Source: an uncultured Dehalococcoidia bacterium (lineage in GTDB: Bacteria > Chloroflexota > Dehalococcoidia > DSTF01 > WHTK01). Taken from it: a stretch of DNA of 64,000 bases. The translations under genes were made by a program, and so were the position numbers. The notes below the pieces were generated by a model. That model was not told where the DNA came from and made no database searches. It worked only from the letters and a program-made list of their open reading frames with translations. The stretch is taken from NCBI GenBank assembly GCA_964422735.1, contig CAYRCD010000005.1:13039-77038 (forward strand). The letters are read 5' to 3'. Shown one piece after another: positions 22,130 through 30,567 of the stretch. How positions within the stretch are numbered: position 1 is the first letter of the stretch; every line of letters starts with the position of its first letter.

Positions 22130-23950
22130 ATGAGCACTGCTGCCACTCGCGCCGGCTCCCCCTTCCTGAGAGCACTCCAGGAACGCGTCCTTCTCAGTGA
22201 CGGCGCCACGGGAACGGTCCTGCACGACCGCGGTGTGCCCGTGGACGAGTGTCTCGAGCGCGTGAACTTCGACCGGCCTCAACTCCTGGTGCAGCTGCAC
22301 ACGGAGTACATCGAGGCGGGCGCAGACCTGATCCAGACAAACACGTTCGGCGCGAACCGCTACCGCCTCGCGGCCTTCGACCTCGGACCGAGCGTGGACG
22401 CGATCAATCGCCGCGCGGTGGAGATCGCCCGTCTCGCCGCCACGGGGCGCCAGGTGTTCGTTGCCGGCGACGTCGGTCCCCTGGGTGTGCAGGTGGCGGA
22501 GGCCGAGGCTCTGAACGCCTTCGGTGAGCAGATGAAGGCGCTGGCCGAGGCAGGAGCCGACCTCTTGATTCTCCAGACCTTCACCTCCCTGACCGAGGCC
22601 GAGATCGCTGTGCGGGCGGCGCGGAAGGTAGCGCCGGCCCTGCCGGTGATCGCCGAAATCAGCTTCCTCGCCAGCGGCAAGACATCGGAAGGGAAGACGC
22701 CGCTGGAAGCGGCAATCGCCCTGCGCGACGCCGGCGCCGACCTGGTCGGGGCAAACTGCGGCGAAGGGCCGCCGGCGGTGCTGCGCGCCCTGCGCGAGAT
22801 GGCGAAGGCGGACGGCGTGCGCCTGATCGCCCAGCCCAGCGCCGGGCGGCCGCTCCTGGTCCAGCGCCGCGTCGTCTACGCGGCGACGGCCGAGTACATG
22901 GCGGAATACGCTCGGCGCTTCGTTGAGGCCGGCGCGGTCGTCGTCGGGGGTTGCTGCGGCACGACACCACGCCACATCGCGGCCATGCGCCGCTCCCTCG
23001 ACGCTCCGGCGACGCGGAGCGTGGCGGTTGCACCCGCGAGGGCGGCGGCGGAGCCGAGGCCTCCCCGCAACAGCCTCAAGGAAAAGCTGGCGGCGGGCCG
23101 CTTCATCGTGAGCGTCGAGATCGACCCGCCGAAGGGACTCGCCGTCAACCGAACGATTGAGGCGGCTCAGCGCGTCCACGACGTGGGCGCGGACTGCGTC
23201 AATGTCGGCGACAGCCCCATGGCGGAGGTGCGCATGAGCGCTATTGCCATGGCGTCGCTGCTGCGGGAGCGCACGGGCCTCGATCCGATCGTTCATTGCT
23301 CGACGCGCGACCGCAACGTCATGGCCCTTCAAGCCGACCTGATGGGCGCGCACGCCCTGGGCCTGCGCAACGTGCTCTGCATCAAAGGAGACCCGCACGC
23401 CCTGGGCAGCTACTCGACCGCGACCGCGGTCTGGGACGTGAACGCACTCGGCTTGATGCGGATCCTCAAGGGCTTCAACGCCGGCCACGACGCCATCGAC
23501 AACCCTGTGAGGCCGGCGACGCGCTTCTTCGTCGGCGCCGCCGTGAACCCGGTGGCCGAGGACATCGAGGCCGAGGTCAAGCTGTTGAGGCGTAAAGTTG
23601 CCGCGGGCGCCGACTTCGCTCTCTCACAGGCGGTCTTCGAGGTCGAGGCCGTCGAGCGGTTCCTGGAGCGGCTGAAAGACCCGCCGCTGCCGATTATCCT
23701 TGGGATATGGCCAATTCACTCAGCCCGACAGGCCGCGTTCTTGAACGAGCGCGTGATCCCCGTACCGGCCCGGATCGCCGAAGCGATAGAGCGGGCGGGG
23801 GACGGCGGCGAACAGCGCGGGCTCGAGCTGGCGAGCCGCCTGGTGGAGCGCGTGCGGCCGCTGGTCCAGGGCGTCTACTTCATACCGTCGTTCAGCCGCT
23901 ACGAAGGCATCATCGAGCTCACGGCCGCGGCCCGCGCACTGGCGGAGTGA
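22130..23950 (+). CDS. bifunctional homocysteine S-methyltransferase / methylenetetrahydrofolate reductase (YitJ-type)
   Basis: DGATGT, IQTNTFGAN, Zn ligands GANCG and GGCCGTTP; MTHFR part VEIDPPKG, RDRN, GDP, GADFALSQ. Confidence 0.9.
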   Translation: MSTAATRAGSPFLRALQERVLLSDGATGTVLHDRGVPVDECLERVNFDRPQLLVQLHTEYIEAGADLIQTNTFGANRYRLAAFDLGPSVDAINRRAVEIARLAATGRQVFVAGDVGPLGVQVAEAEALNAFGEQMKALAEAGADLLILQTFTSLTEAEIAVRAARKVAPALPVIAEISFLASGKTSEGKTPLEAAIALRDAGADLVGANCGEGPPAVLRALREMAKADGVRLIAQPSAGRPLLVQRRVVYAATAEYMAEYARRFVEAGAVVVGGCCGTTPRHIAAMRRSLDAPATRSVAVAPARAAAEPRPPRNSLKEKLAAGRFIVSVEIDPPKGLAVNRTIEAAQRVHDVGADCVNVGDSPMAEVRMSAIAMASLLRERTGLDPIVHCSTRDRNVMALQADLMGAHALGLRNVLCIKGDPHALGSYSTATAVWDVNALGLMRILKGFNAGHDAIDNPVRPATRFFVGAAVNPVAEDIEAEVKLLRRKVAAGADFALSQAVFEVEAVERFLERLKDPPLPIILGIWPIHSARQAAFLNERVIPVPARIAEAIERAGDGGEQRGLELASRLVERVRPLVQGVYFIPSFSRYEGIIELTAAARALAE

Positions 23951-25065
23951 CGGCCTTGCGCCACCTCCTCTGGCCGGCGGTCATCGGTATCGCCTGCTTC
24001 GCGCTTGCGGCCTGCGGCGTTGGCGCCAAGAGCGCGGCTGTCCCTGTCGATGCTCCGTCTCCGGCGCCTGAAGCCACGGCAGCATCCAACGACGATTTCC
24101 TGGTCGGGAAGCCCCAGAACCGAGCCGGGATCGGCGATGTCGACCGCGTGTTCGAGCGCTACGCCGACACGCGCGCCGACATGATCGCGCAGTACCGCGC
24201 GCAACCCTGGTTCAAGGACGGCCTGACCCGGGATGAAGCGCTGTTCGTGGAGCGGGGCCTGACCTTCGTCGCATCCTACTCGGGACCGCGGCGAGCCTAT
24301 GTCCGCCCGGAAACGATCGAGCAGAAGCTGTTCAAGTACGAGCGCGTGCCCGTGCAGCAGGGCGAGGTGGAGCTTCTGTTGATTTACGAACCCGGGCAGG
24401 ACGCGGAGCGCGAGATGACCGTCTTGCGCAACGTCATACCCGCCCTCGAAGCCATGATTGGGGTCCAGTTCCCGGAACGGGTCCTGACGGTCATCAACGG
24501 CAACTTCGAGATCAACGACTTCAACGACGGCCAGTTCATTCGCATCGCCAGCTGCTGCACGCTGGCGCCTTCGATCCTGGCGCACGAGCTTTCCCACACC
24601 TACTGGTCGATGGCGCCTTCCTGGTTCGACGAGGGCATGGCCGACATCTACTCGAACCTCGTGATCGCCCGCCTGAACAAGGAAGCCCCGAGCGGCTGGC
24701 GCAACGTGCCGGTCGACGTTGAGGCCTACTACCGCTCCCGCAAGTCGCTCTTCGAGTCGGGCCGCTTCCCGGACATGATCCTGCCTCGCCGGCTGGCCTC
24801 GGACGGACTCTACGAGGTCGCCGACTATTTCCTCCTGGACATCCGGCATCAAATCGGCGAGACGGCGTTCACGGAGGCGGTACGGGAGATCTATCTCGCG
24901 TCGGACTTCGGCCGCGTGCACCTGCGGGACAAGCGGCTTGAAGACAAGTTCCTCAAGCACTCCAGACCGGACCAGCGCCAGGGCATCATGGACCTCTTCA
25001 ACCGGATGATCTGGGGCGATAACGGCGAGCGATATCACCAGCTCCAGGAGCTGGACGGGACGTAG
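23947..25065 (+). CDS. lipoprotein, gluzincin-type zinc metallopeptidase
   Basis: Lipobox LAAC; AHELSHTYW followed by WFDEGMA. GTG overlaps the upstream stop. Confidence 0.7.
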   Translation: MTALRHLLWPAVIGIACFALAACGVGAKSAAVPVDAPSPAPEATAASNDDFLVGKPQNRAGIGDVDRVFERYADTRADMIAQYRAQPWFKDGLTRDEALFVERGLTFVASYSGPRRAYVRPETIEQKLFKYERVPVQQGEVELLLIYEPGQDAEREMTVLRNVIPALEAMIGVQFPERVLTVINGNFEINDFNDGQFIRIASCCTLAPSILAHELSHTYWSMAPSWFDEGMADIYSNLVIARLNKEAPSGWRNVPVDVEAYYRSRKSLFESGRFPDMILPRRLASDGLYEVADYFLLDIRHQIGETAFTEAVREIYLASDFGRVHLRDKRLEDKFLKHSRPDQRQGIMDLFNRMIWGDNGERYHQLQELDGT

Positions 25066-25133
25066 GGGCGCAAGCCCGTCCTTCGCAGACGTTTGACAGT
25101 CGGCCGGCTTTCCGATCAAGATCGCGCCAGCTT

Positions 25134-28100
25134 ATGCCCAGCGAACGCATTCAACGCCGGATCGACCGCCTGTTGGACACGGCGGAAGAGGCTGCCGACC
25201 GTAAAGATTGGCCGGCGGCCGCCGAAGCTGCACGCGAGGCGCTCTCGCTCGATGCGGAGAACGACGACGCTAAAGCGCTACTCGGGGCCGCGGAGAGCAT
25301 GCTCCCGGGCGCGAGGCAGCTTCCGGCGTCTGGGGACCGTGCAGCGGCCGCCGAGCGCTCCGAGGCGGCGGTCACACCTCTCCCCGCTTCTTTCGCCGCC
25401 GGCCGTTACCGGGTGCAGCGCTTCCTGGGCGAGGGCGGGCGCAAGCGCGTCTACCTCGCCCACGACACCCGCCTCGACCGCGACGTCGCCCTGGCCGTGA
25501 TCAAGACCGAGGGGCTCGACATGGCCGGCCTCGCCCGCGTGCGCAACGAAGCCCAGGCCATGGCCCGCCTCGGCGACCACCCCAACATCGTCACCGTCTT
25601 CGACGTGCTCGAGGAGGCAGCACCGGGACCACGTAGCCGAGACTTTCCAGCCTTGGCGTCCGCCGTGCCCTACATCGTCTCCCAGTACATGGCCGGCGGC
25701 TCGGTCGAAGACCTCATTGCGAAGGCTGAGGACCACCGGCTACCCACCGACGAGGTGCTCTCGATCGCCACCCAGGTCTGCGCCGCCCTCGACCACGCCC
25801 ACCGCCAGGGCATCGTCCACCGCGACGTCAAGCCCGGTAACGTGTGGCTGGCAGGAGAACCAACAAGGGATGTAGGCGGGCCGCTTCAGCCGCCCGCAGG
25901 GGGTTCTGGTGGGGACGGCCGGACGGCCGCTCGCCCTTCGAGTCCCTCAGGGCGAGACGCGGGCGCCTCGTCCGGCGCAAGCGCGGCATCTCAATCTCGG
26001 GCCTCGTCCGGTTTCGTCCCTTCGAGTGCCTCAGGGCGAGCTCTTCGAGAACCTCCGGACGAGCGGGCTGGCGCCCGCCCCCCAACCTCCCCACGGGCAG
26101 AGGCCGCCAGGGCGAGTTCCCTCCCCACCGCCAAGCTCGGCGACTTCGGGCTCGCCGTCGCCCTCGACCGCTCGCGTGTGACCATGGCGGGCATGATGCT
26201 CGGCACAGTGGCATACATGCCGCCGGAGCAGGCTCTTGGCGGCGAGAGCACGCCGAAGGCCGACCTCTACTCCCTCGGCTGCATGCTGTACGAGATGGTC
26301 ACGGGGCGGCCGCCCTTCCTGGGCGAGGACCCGACGGCGGTAATAAGCCAGCACATCAACACGCCGCCGGTGGCGCCTTCCTGGCTCACGGAGCGCTGCC
26401 CGCCCGACCTCGAAGCGGTCATCCTCCACCTCCTGGCGAAGTCGCCCGACACCAGGCCGGAGTCGGCCGCGGAGGTCAGGGCGGCGCTGGCGAAGGTCGA
26501 CCCGGCGCAGAAGTCGGCCTCGCACTCCGACTCGACCGAGAACCCGCTCGACCGCCTCGCGCGCGGCGTCTTCGTCGGGCGGCAAGCCGAGCTGGAGAAG
26601 CTGCGTAAGGCGTTCGACGAGGCCTTCGCCGGGCACGGCTCCCTCGTCATGCTCGTCGGCGAGCCCGGCATCGGCAAGACGCGCACGGCCCAGGAGCTGG
26701 AGACTTACGCGAGGATGCGCGGCGCCCAGGTGCTCTGGGGCCGGACTCACGAGACCGGCGGCGCCCCCGCCTACTGGCCCTGGTACCAGGTCGGCAACGC
26801 CTACGCCGCCGCCAACGACATCGCGGCGATCGGCCCGCAGTTGCCGCCGGGCGCCAACGGCGAGCTCTCGCGCATCTTCACCTGGCTCAGGCAGCAGCCG
26901 AACTTCGTCGAGCCGGAGCCGATCACCGACCCGGAGTCGGCCCAGTTCCGCCTCTTCGAGGCCTACGCCGCCTTCATCCGGGCGATGGCGACTCAGACGC
27001 CCCTGCTCATCGCCCTCGACGACCTCCACTGGGCCGACAAGCCCTCGCTCTTGCTCCTCCAGCATCTGGGCCGGGAGCTGTCGCGGCTTCGCGTCCTGAT
27101 CGTCGGCAACTACCGCGACACCGACCTCTCGCGCACGCACCCGCTGTCGGAGGCGCTGGCCGGCCTGAACCGCGACCCCGGCTTCGCCCGCGTCGTCCTC
27201 CGCGGCCTCTCCAGGGCCGAGGTCGCGAACTACATCCGGGCGGCGGCGAACGTCGAGCCCGGTCGCGAGGTACTCGACCGCATCTACGAGGAGACGGAGG
27301 GCAACGCCTTCTTCCTCAGTGAAGTCGTGAACCTTATGGCCCAGGAAGGCACCCTGACCAAGGAGTCGGTCTCAGAGATTCGCATCCCCGACGGCGTCCG
27401 CGAGGCCCTGGGCCGGCGCCTGAACCGCCTCTCCGAGGAGGCGAACGAGCTCCTGCAGGTGGCGGCCATCATAGGCCGCGAGTTCACCTACGATATGCTG
27501 ACGCTCCTTGGCGACCGCGACGAGGAGGCACTGCTGAAGCTGATCGAGCAGGCGCTCGATGGCCGCGTGATCGAGGAGATGGGGCAGGCGGGGCGCTACC
27601 GCTTCACCCACGCCCAGATGCAAGAGACGCTGCTGGAGGAGCTTTCGACCACCCGGCGCGTGCGTCTGCACGGCCGGGTCGCGGAGGCGCTGGAGAAGCG
27701 CTGGGGCGAGCAGTTGGCGCGGGAACGGGCGCCGCGGCTGGCCCATCACTTCGTCGAGGCGTCGATGCTCTCGCCCCGCCACGCCCAAAAGGGCGTCCTC
27801 TACTCGAAGCTCGCTGCTGAGGAGTCAGAGGCGCGCAGCGCCTGGGACGAGGCGGCGCGCCACTACGAGAGCTGCCTCACCCTGATCACGGCCTCCCAGG
27901 AGGCTCTCGGCGAGGACGAGGCGGCGCTCCTCGTGGAATTGGGACGCTGCCTCCGCTACGCCAACCAGATCAGGCCGGCCTGGCGGTCCTTGATGCGCGC
28001 GACGACCATCTACCGCGCTCGCGGCGACGGCGCCGGCATGGCCCGCGCCGCCCTCGAGGCAAGCGAGATATTACCCCCCAGAGATCGGCTCGTCGCCCTA

Positions 28101-29918
28101 TGCGAAGAGGCCCTGAATGCGCTCGGCGAGTCCGATCTCCGTCTTCGGGCGCGCTTGTTACTCATGCGTGCCGGCTGGGAGTTCGATGACGCTTCCAAGG
28201 CAGCGGCCGCGGAGGCTGCAAGGATTGCGAATACGTTGGACGATCCCGCCCTCCTTGGCCGCCTGGTAGCCAGGGAAGCATGGGAGGCTTTCGGCGAGAA
28301 GCAACTAGACGAAGGCGTTTCTCTATTTCGGCGCGCCCACGCCTTGCTCGACGATGGAGGCGACCGCCAGGGGGCAGCCAGTAGCCTCTTTTGGGTGGCC
28401 GCCTGGATATTGTTCGAGGGCAAGCTCGACGAAGGAATAGCGGCTACTCAGGACGACCTCGCTTACGGCCGCAAGTTCCGGTTCTATGAACTTAACTGCC
28501 TGGCTTACCTGCAGGCAGCGGCCTTGATCCGCTGCGACTTCCAGCAGTTCGACGCTATCCTGAACGAGGTGACGGGCGACCACCATTGGATTCCCATGCT
28601 CCGCGCCGCTAGAGCCGAGATGGCCGGCGATACGGATGCCGCCCTCAAACTGGCGCCCACCCCGGACACGCCCGGTGGCACGGCGGAAGTTCTTCTTGCT
28701 CAGCTGTTGGGAAGCCTGGCCCGGACCAGATTCAACGCCGGCCATGAGGACGAAGCAAGAAAGTACGTGGCGGAATGTAGCAAGCAGCTAGGTCAGGTGA
28801 TGCTCGCACCAAACTCAGCCGCCTTTATCACCGCCCGTCATGAATTTCGTATTTATGCGATAGCGGAGCTGGACGAATGCTTACCCGCCCTTGGCGACGA
28901 ATCTCTAATCCAGGCTCTCTATGAAGAACTCGTCGAGTGGAAGATTCTCAGGTATTCCCCAGCTGACGCCCGCGGCCTCGACCACATCCGCGGCGCCCTC
29001 GCGTTGAGGCTTGAGCGCATCGATGAGGCGGAAGCGTGGTACCGCACCGGCCTCGAGTGGTCCGAGCGCGAGGGCTGCCCCGTCGAAGCCGGGCGCTGCC
29101 TCCACGGGCTGGCCGAGGTCGCGGAGCGGCGCGGCCAGACGCGGGAGGCGCTGCAGCACCTCGACCGCGCCATCGCCCTCTTCCAGCAGCACGGCGCCCG
29201 GCTTTACCTCGACCGCGCCCTGGCGCTGAAGCTGCGCCTTCAGGGCGTCTCGTCGGCCTCGTTCAAGACGTCGATCGAGGCCGTGACGGAGTCCGTCCAG
29301 GCCGAGAGGCCCGCCCTGCCGGACTGGACCTCCGCCCCCGAGGGCACCGTCACCATCCTCTTCTCCGACATCGAGGACTCGACAGTACTCACGGAGCGCC
29401 TCGGCGACCAGGCCTGGATGGCCCTCCTCCAGAAGCACAACGACCTCATCCGGACTCAACTCCGCGCCCACGGCGGCTTCGAGGTCAAGACGATCGGCGA
29501 CGGCTTCATGGTCGCCTTCCAGAGCGCCCGGCGCGCGCTCGAATGCGCCATCGAGATACAAAGGGCGATGGCATCGCTCGAAGCTCCCGTCCTTCGAGAA
29601 CCTCAGGATGGACAAGCGGACGCTCCATCTGTCCATCCTGAGTTCATCGAAGGACGCGGGGCGTCCGAGAACACGATCAAGGTCCGCATCGGCCTGCACG
29701 CCGGCGAGGCGATCAAGGACAAGGACGACTTCTACGGCCGCAACGTCATCCTGGCCTCTCGCATCGGCGGCATCGCCACCGGCGGTCAGGTGCTGGTTTC
29801 GTCGACGCTGCGCGACCTCGTGCAGGGCGCAGGCTTCCGCTTCGACGACGGCCGCGACGTGGAGCTGAAGGGGCTGACGGGAAAGCAGCGCATCTACGAG
29901 GTCGCGTGGGGAACGTGA
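25134..29918 (+). CDS. Ser/Thr protein kinase - STAND (AAA_16-type) ATPase - TPR - class III nucleotidyl cyclase
   Basis: Kinase LGEGG, HPNIV, HRDVKPGN, DFG, GTVAYMPPE, DLYSLG; Walker A GEPGIGKT and Walker B LDDLHWAD; helical repeats; cyclase TILFSDIEDST, VKTIGDGFM, VRIGLHAGE. Confidence 0.92.
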   Translation: MPSERIQRRIDRLLDTAEEAADRKDWPAAAEAAREALSLDAENDDAKALLGAAESMLPGARQLPASGDRAAAAERSEAAVTPLPASFAAGRYRVQRFLGEGGRKRVYLAHDTRLDRDVALAVIKTEGLDMAGLARVRNEAQAMARLGDHPNIVTVFDVLEEAAPGPRSRDFPALASAVPYIVSQYMAGGSVEDLIAKAEDHRLPTDEVLSIATQVCAALDHAHRQGIVHRDVKPGNVWLAGEPTRDVGGPLQPPAGGSGGDGRTAARPSSPSGRDAGASSGASAASQSRASSGFVPSSASGRALREPPDERAGARPPTSPRAEAARASSLPTAKLGDFGLAVALDRSRVTMAGMMLGTVAYMPPEQALGGESTPKADLYSLGCMLYEMVTGRPPFLGEDPTAVISQHINTPPVAPSWLTERCPPDLEAVILHLLAKSPDTRPESAAEVRAALAKVDPAQKSASHSDSTENPLDRLARGVFVGRQAELEKLRKAFDEAFAGHGSLVMLVGEPGIGKTRTAQELETYARMRGAQVLWGRTHETGGAPAYWPWYQVGNAYAAANDIAAIGPQLPPGANGELSRIFTWLRQQPNFVEPEPITDPESAQFRLFEAYAAFIRAMATQTPLLIALDDLHWADKPSLLLLQHLGRELSRLRVLIVGNYRDTDLSRTHPLSEALAGLNRDPGFARVVLRGLSRAEVANYIRAAANVEPGREVLDRIYEETEGNAFFLSEVVNLMAQEGTLTKESVSEIRIPDGVREALGRRLNRLSEEANELLQVAAIIGREFTYDMLTLLGDRDEEALLKLIEQALDGRVIEEMGQAGRYRFTHAQMQETLLEELSTTRRVRLHGRVAEALEKRWGEQLARERAPRLAHHFVEASMLSPRHAQKGVLYSKLAAEESEARSAWDEAARHYESCLTLITASQEALGEDEAALLVELGRCLRYANQIRPAWRSLMRATTIYRARGDGAGMARAALEASEILPPRDRLVALCEEALNALGESDLRLRARLLLMRAGWEFDDASKAAAAEAARIANTLDDPALLGRLVAREAWEAFGEKQLDEGVSLFRRAHALLDDGGDRQGAASSLFWVAAWILFEGKLDEGIAATQDDLAYGRKFRFYELNCLAYLQAAALIRCDFQQFDAILNEVTGDHHWIPMLRAARAEMAGDTDAALKLAPTPDTPGGTAEVLLAQLLGSLARTRFNAGHEDEARKYVAECSKQLGQVMLAPNSAAFITARHEFRIYAIAELDECLPALGDESLIQALYEELVEWKILRYSPADARGLDHIRGALALRLERIDEAEAWYRTGLEWSEREGCPVEAGRCLHGLAEVAERRGQTREALQHLDRAIALFQQHGARLYLDRALALKLRLQGVSSASFKTSIEAVTESVQAERPALPDWTSAPEGTVTILFSDIEDSTVLTERLGDQAWMALLQKHNDLIRTQLRAHGGFEVKTIGDGFMVAFQSARRALECAIEIQRAMASLEAPVLREPQDGQADAPSVHPEFIEGRGASENTIKVRIGLHAGEAIKDKDDFYGRNVILASRIGGIATGGQVLVSSTLRDLVQGAGFRFDDGRDVELKGLTGKQRIYEVAWGT
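25633..25657 (+). repeat. GTAG-type REP, family C, inside the kinase CDS
   Basis: GTAGCCGAGACTTTCCAGCCTTGGC matches the intergenic copy at 63795-63819 at 22/25. Confidence 0.78.
25872..26066 (+). repeat. cluster of REP-like hairpins inside the kinase CDS
   Basis: GTAG-GCGGGCCGCTTCAGCCGCCCGC at 25872-25897; family A-like units at 25930-25956, 26018-26041 and 26043-26066 (CTTCGAnnnnCTCnGG). Confidence 0.78.
29588..29656. repeat. REP-like doublet, family A, inside the cyclase domain
   Basis: CGTCCTTCGAGAACCTCAGGATGGAC-17 nt-GTCCATCCTGAGTTCATCGAAGGACG. Confidence 0.85.
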
Positions 29919-29940
29919 CGGCGCCGCCGTCAACGCTCGG

Positions 29941-30432
29941 TCACCGCCGTCGCGCCTGCGCGTGCAAGCGCCGCGCCTGCCACAGGTGCTCGAGGTCGTG
30001 CTCGTGGATGCCGCGGGCGATGTCGTAGATCGAGATGCGGCCGCGGTAGGGATGGATGCCGCAGCGCTCCCAGTCCTGCTCGTCGAGCATACGCAGTAGC
30101 CACACGGTCTCTTCGCGGGCCTCCTCGCACTCGTTTAGGATCTGGTACAGCGGTTCCTGGCGATAGTCGCGCTCGGACGGCAGGATGTCGAGAGCCTCGT
30201 CGGGAAGCTCCGGCTCGCGGTTGTGGGCGATCAGCTCTATCTGGCGGCGATAGAGGGCGTCGGCATCACGCAGGTGGGCGGCGACCTCCTTCAAGCACCA
30301 CTCGTCCTCAGCCGGACGCCAGCGCAGGCCGTCCTCGCTGACCCCCATGAACTGGCCGAACAGCTCACCCGCCGCTTCCCGCACGGCCTTGAGCAGCCAG
30401 CGACGCTGGCCTGAGTCGGCGTCGTACGTCAC
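29941..30432 (-). CDS. DinB family protein
   Basis: WCLKEVAAHLRD and HDLEHLWQ motifs. Confidence 0.82.
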   Translation of the reverse strand: MTYDADSGQRRWLLKAVREAAGELFGQFMGVSEDGLRWRPAEDEWCLKEVAAHLRDADALYRRQIELIAHNREPELPDEALDILPSERDYRQEPLYQILNECEEAREETVWLLRMLDEQDWERCGIHPYRGRISIYDIARGIHEHDLEHLWQARRLHAQARRR

Positions 30433-30567
30433 GAGAGAATTCTAGCGATTCACGACCGAACATTTCCCTTCCGTCCGGCATGCACGCCCGGACTTGGGGC
30501 GGGTGCAGTGCTCGTCGTTACGTCGACTTAACCCCGTGGGCTGCGTAGCGAGGCATCGGATTCCTCT

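Noticed and set aside
25851-26126. Intein or self-splicing intron in the kinase
   Set aside because: No Cys/Ser start or His-Asn end, no recognisable group I/II features, and the frame is open; the content is REP-like.
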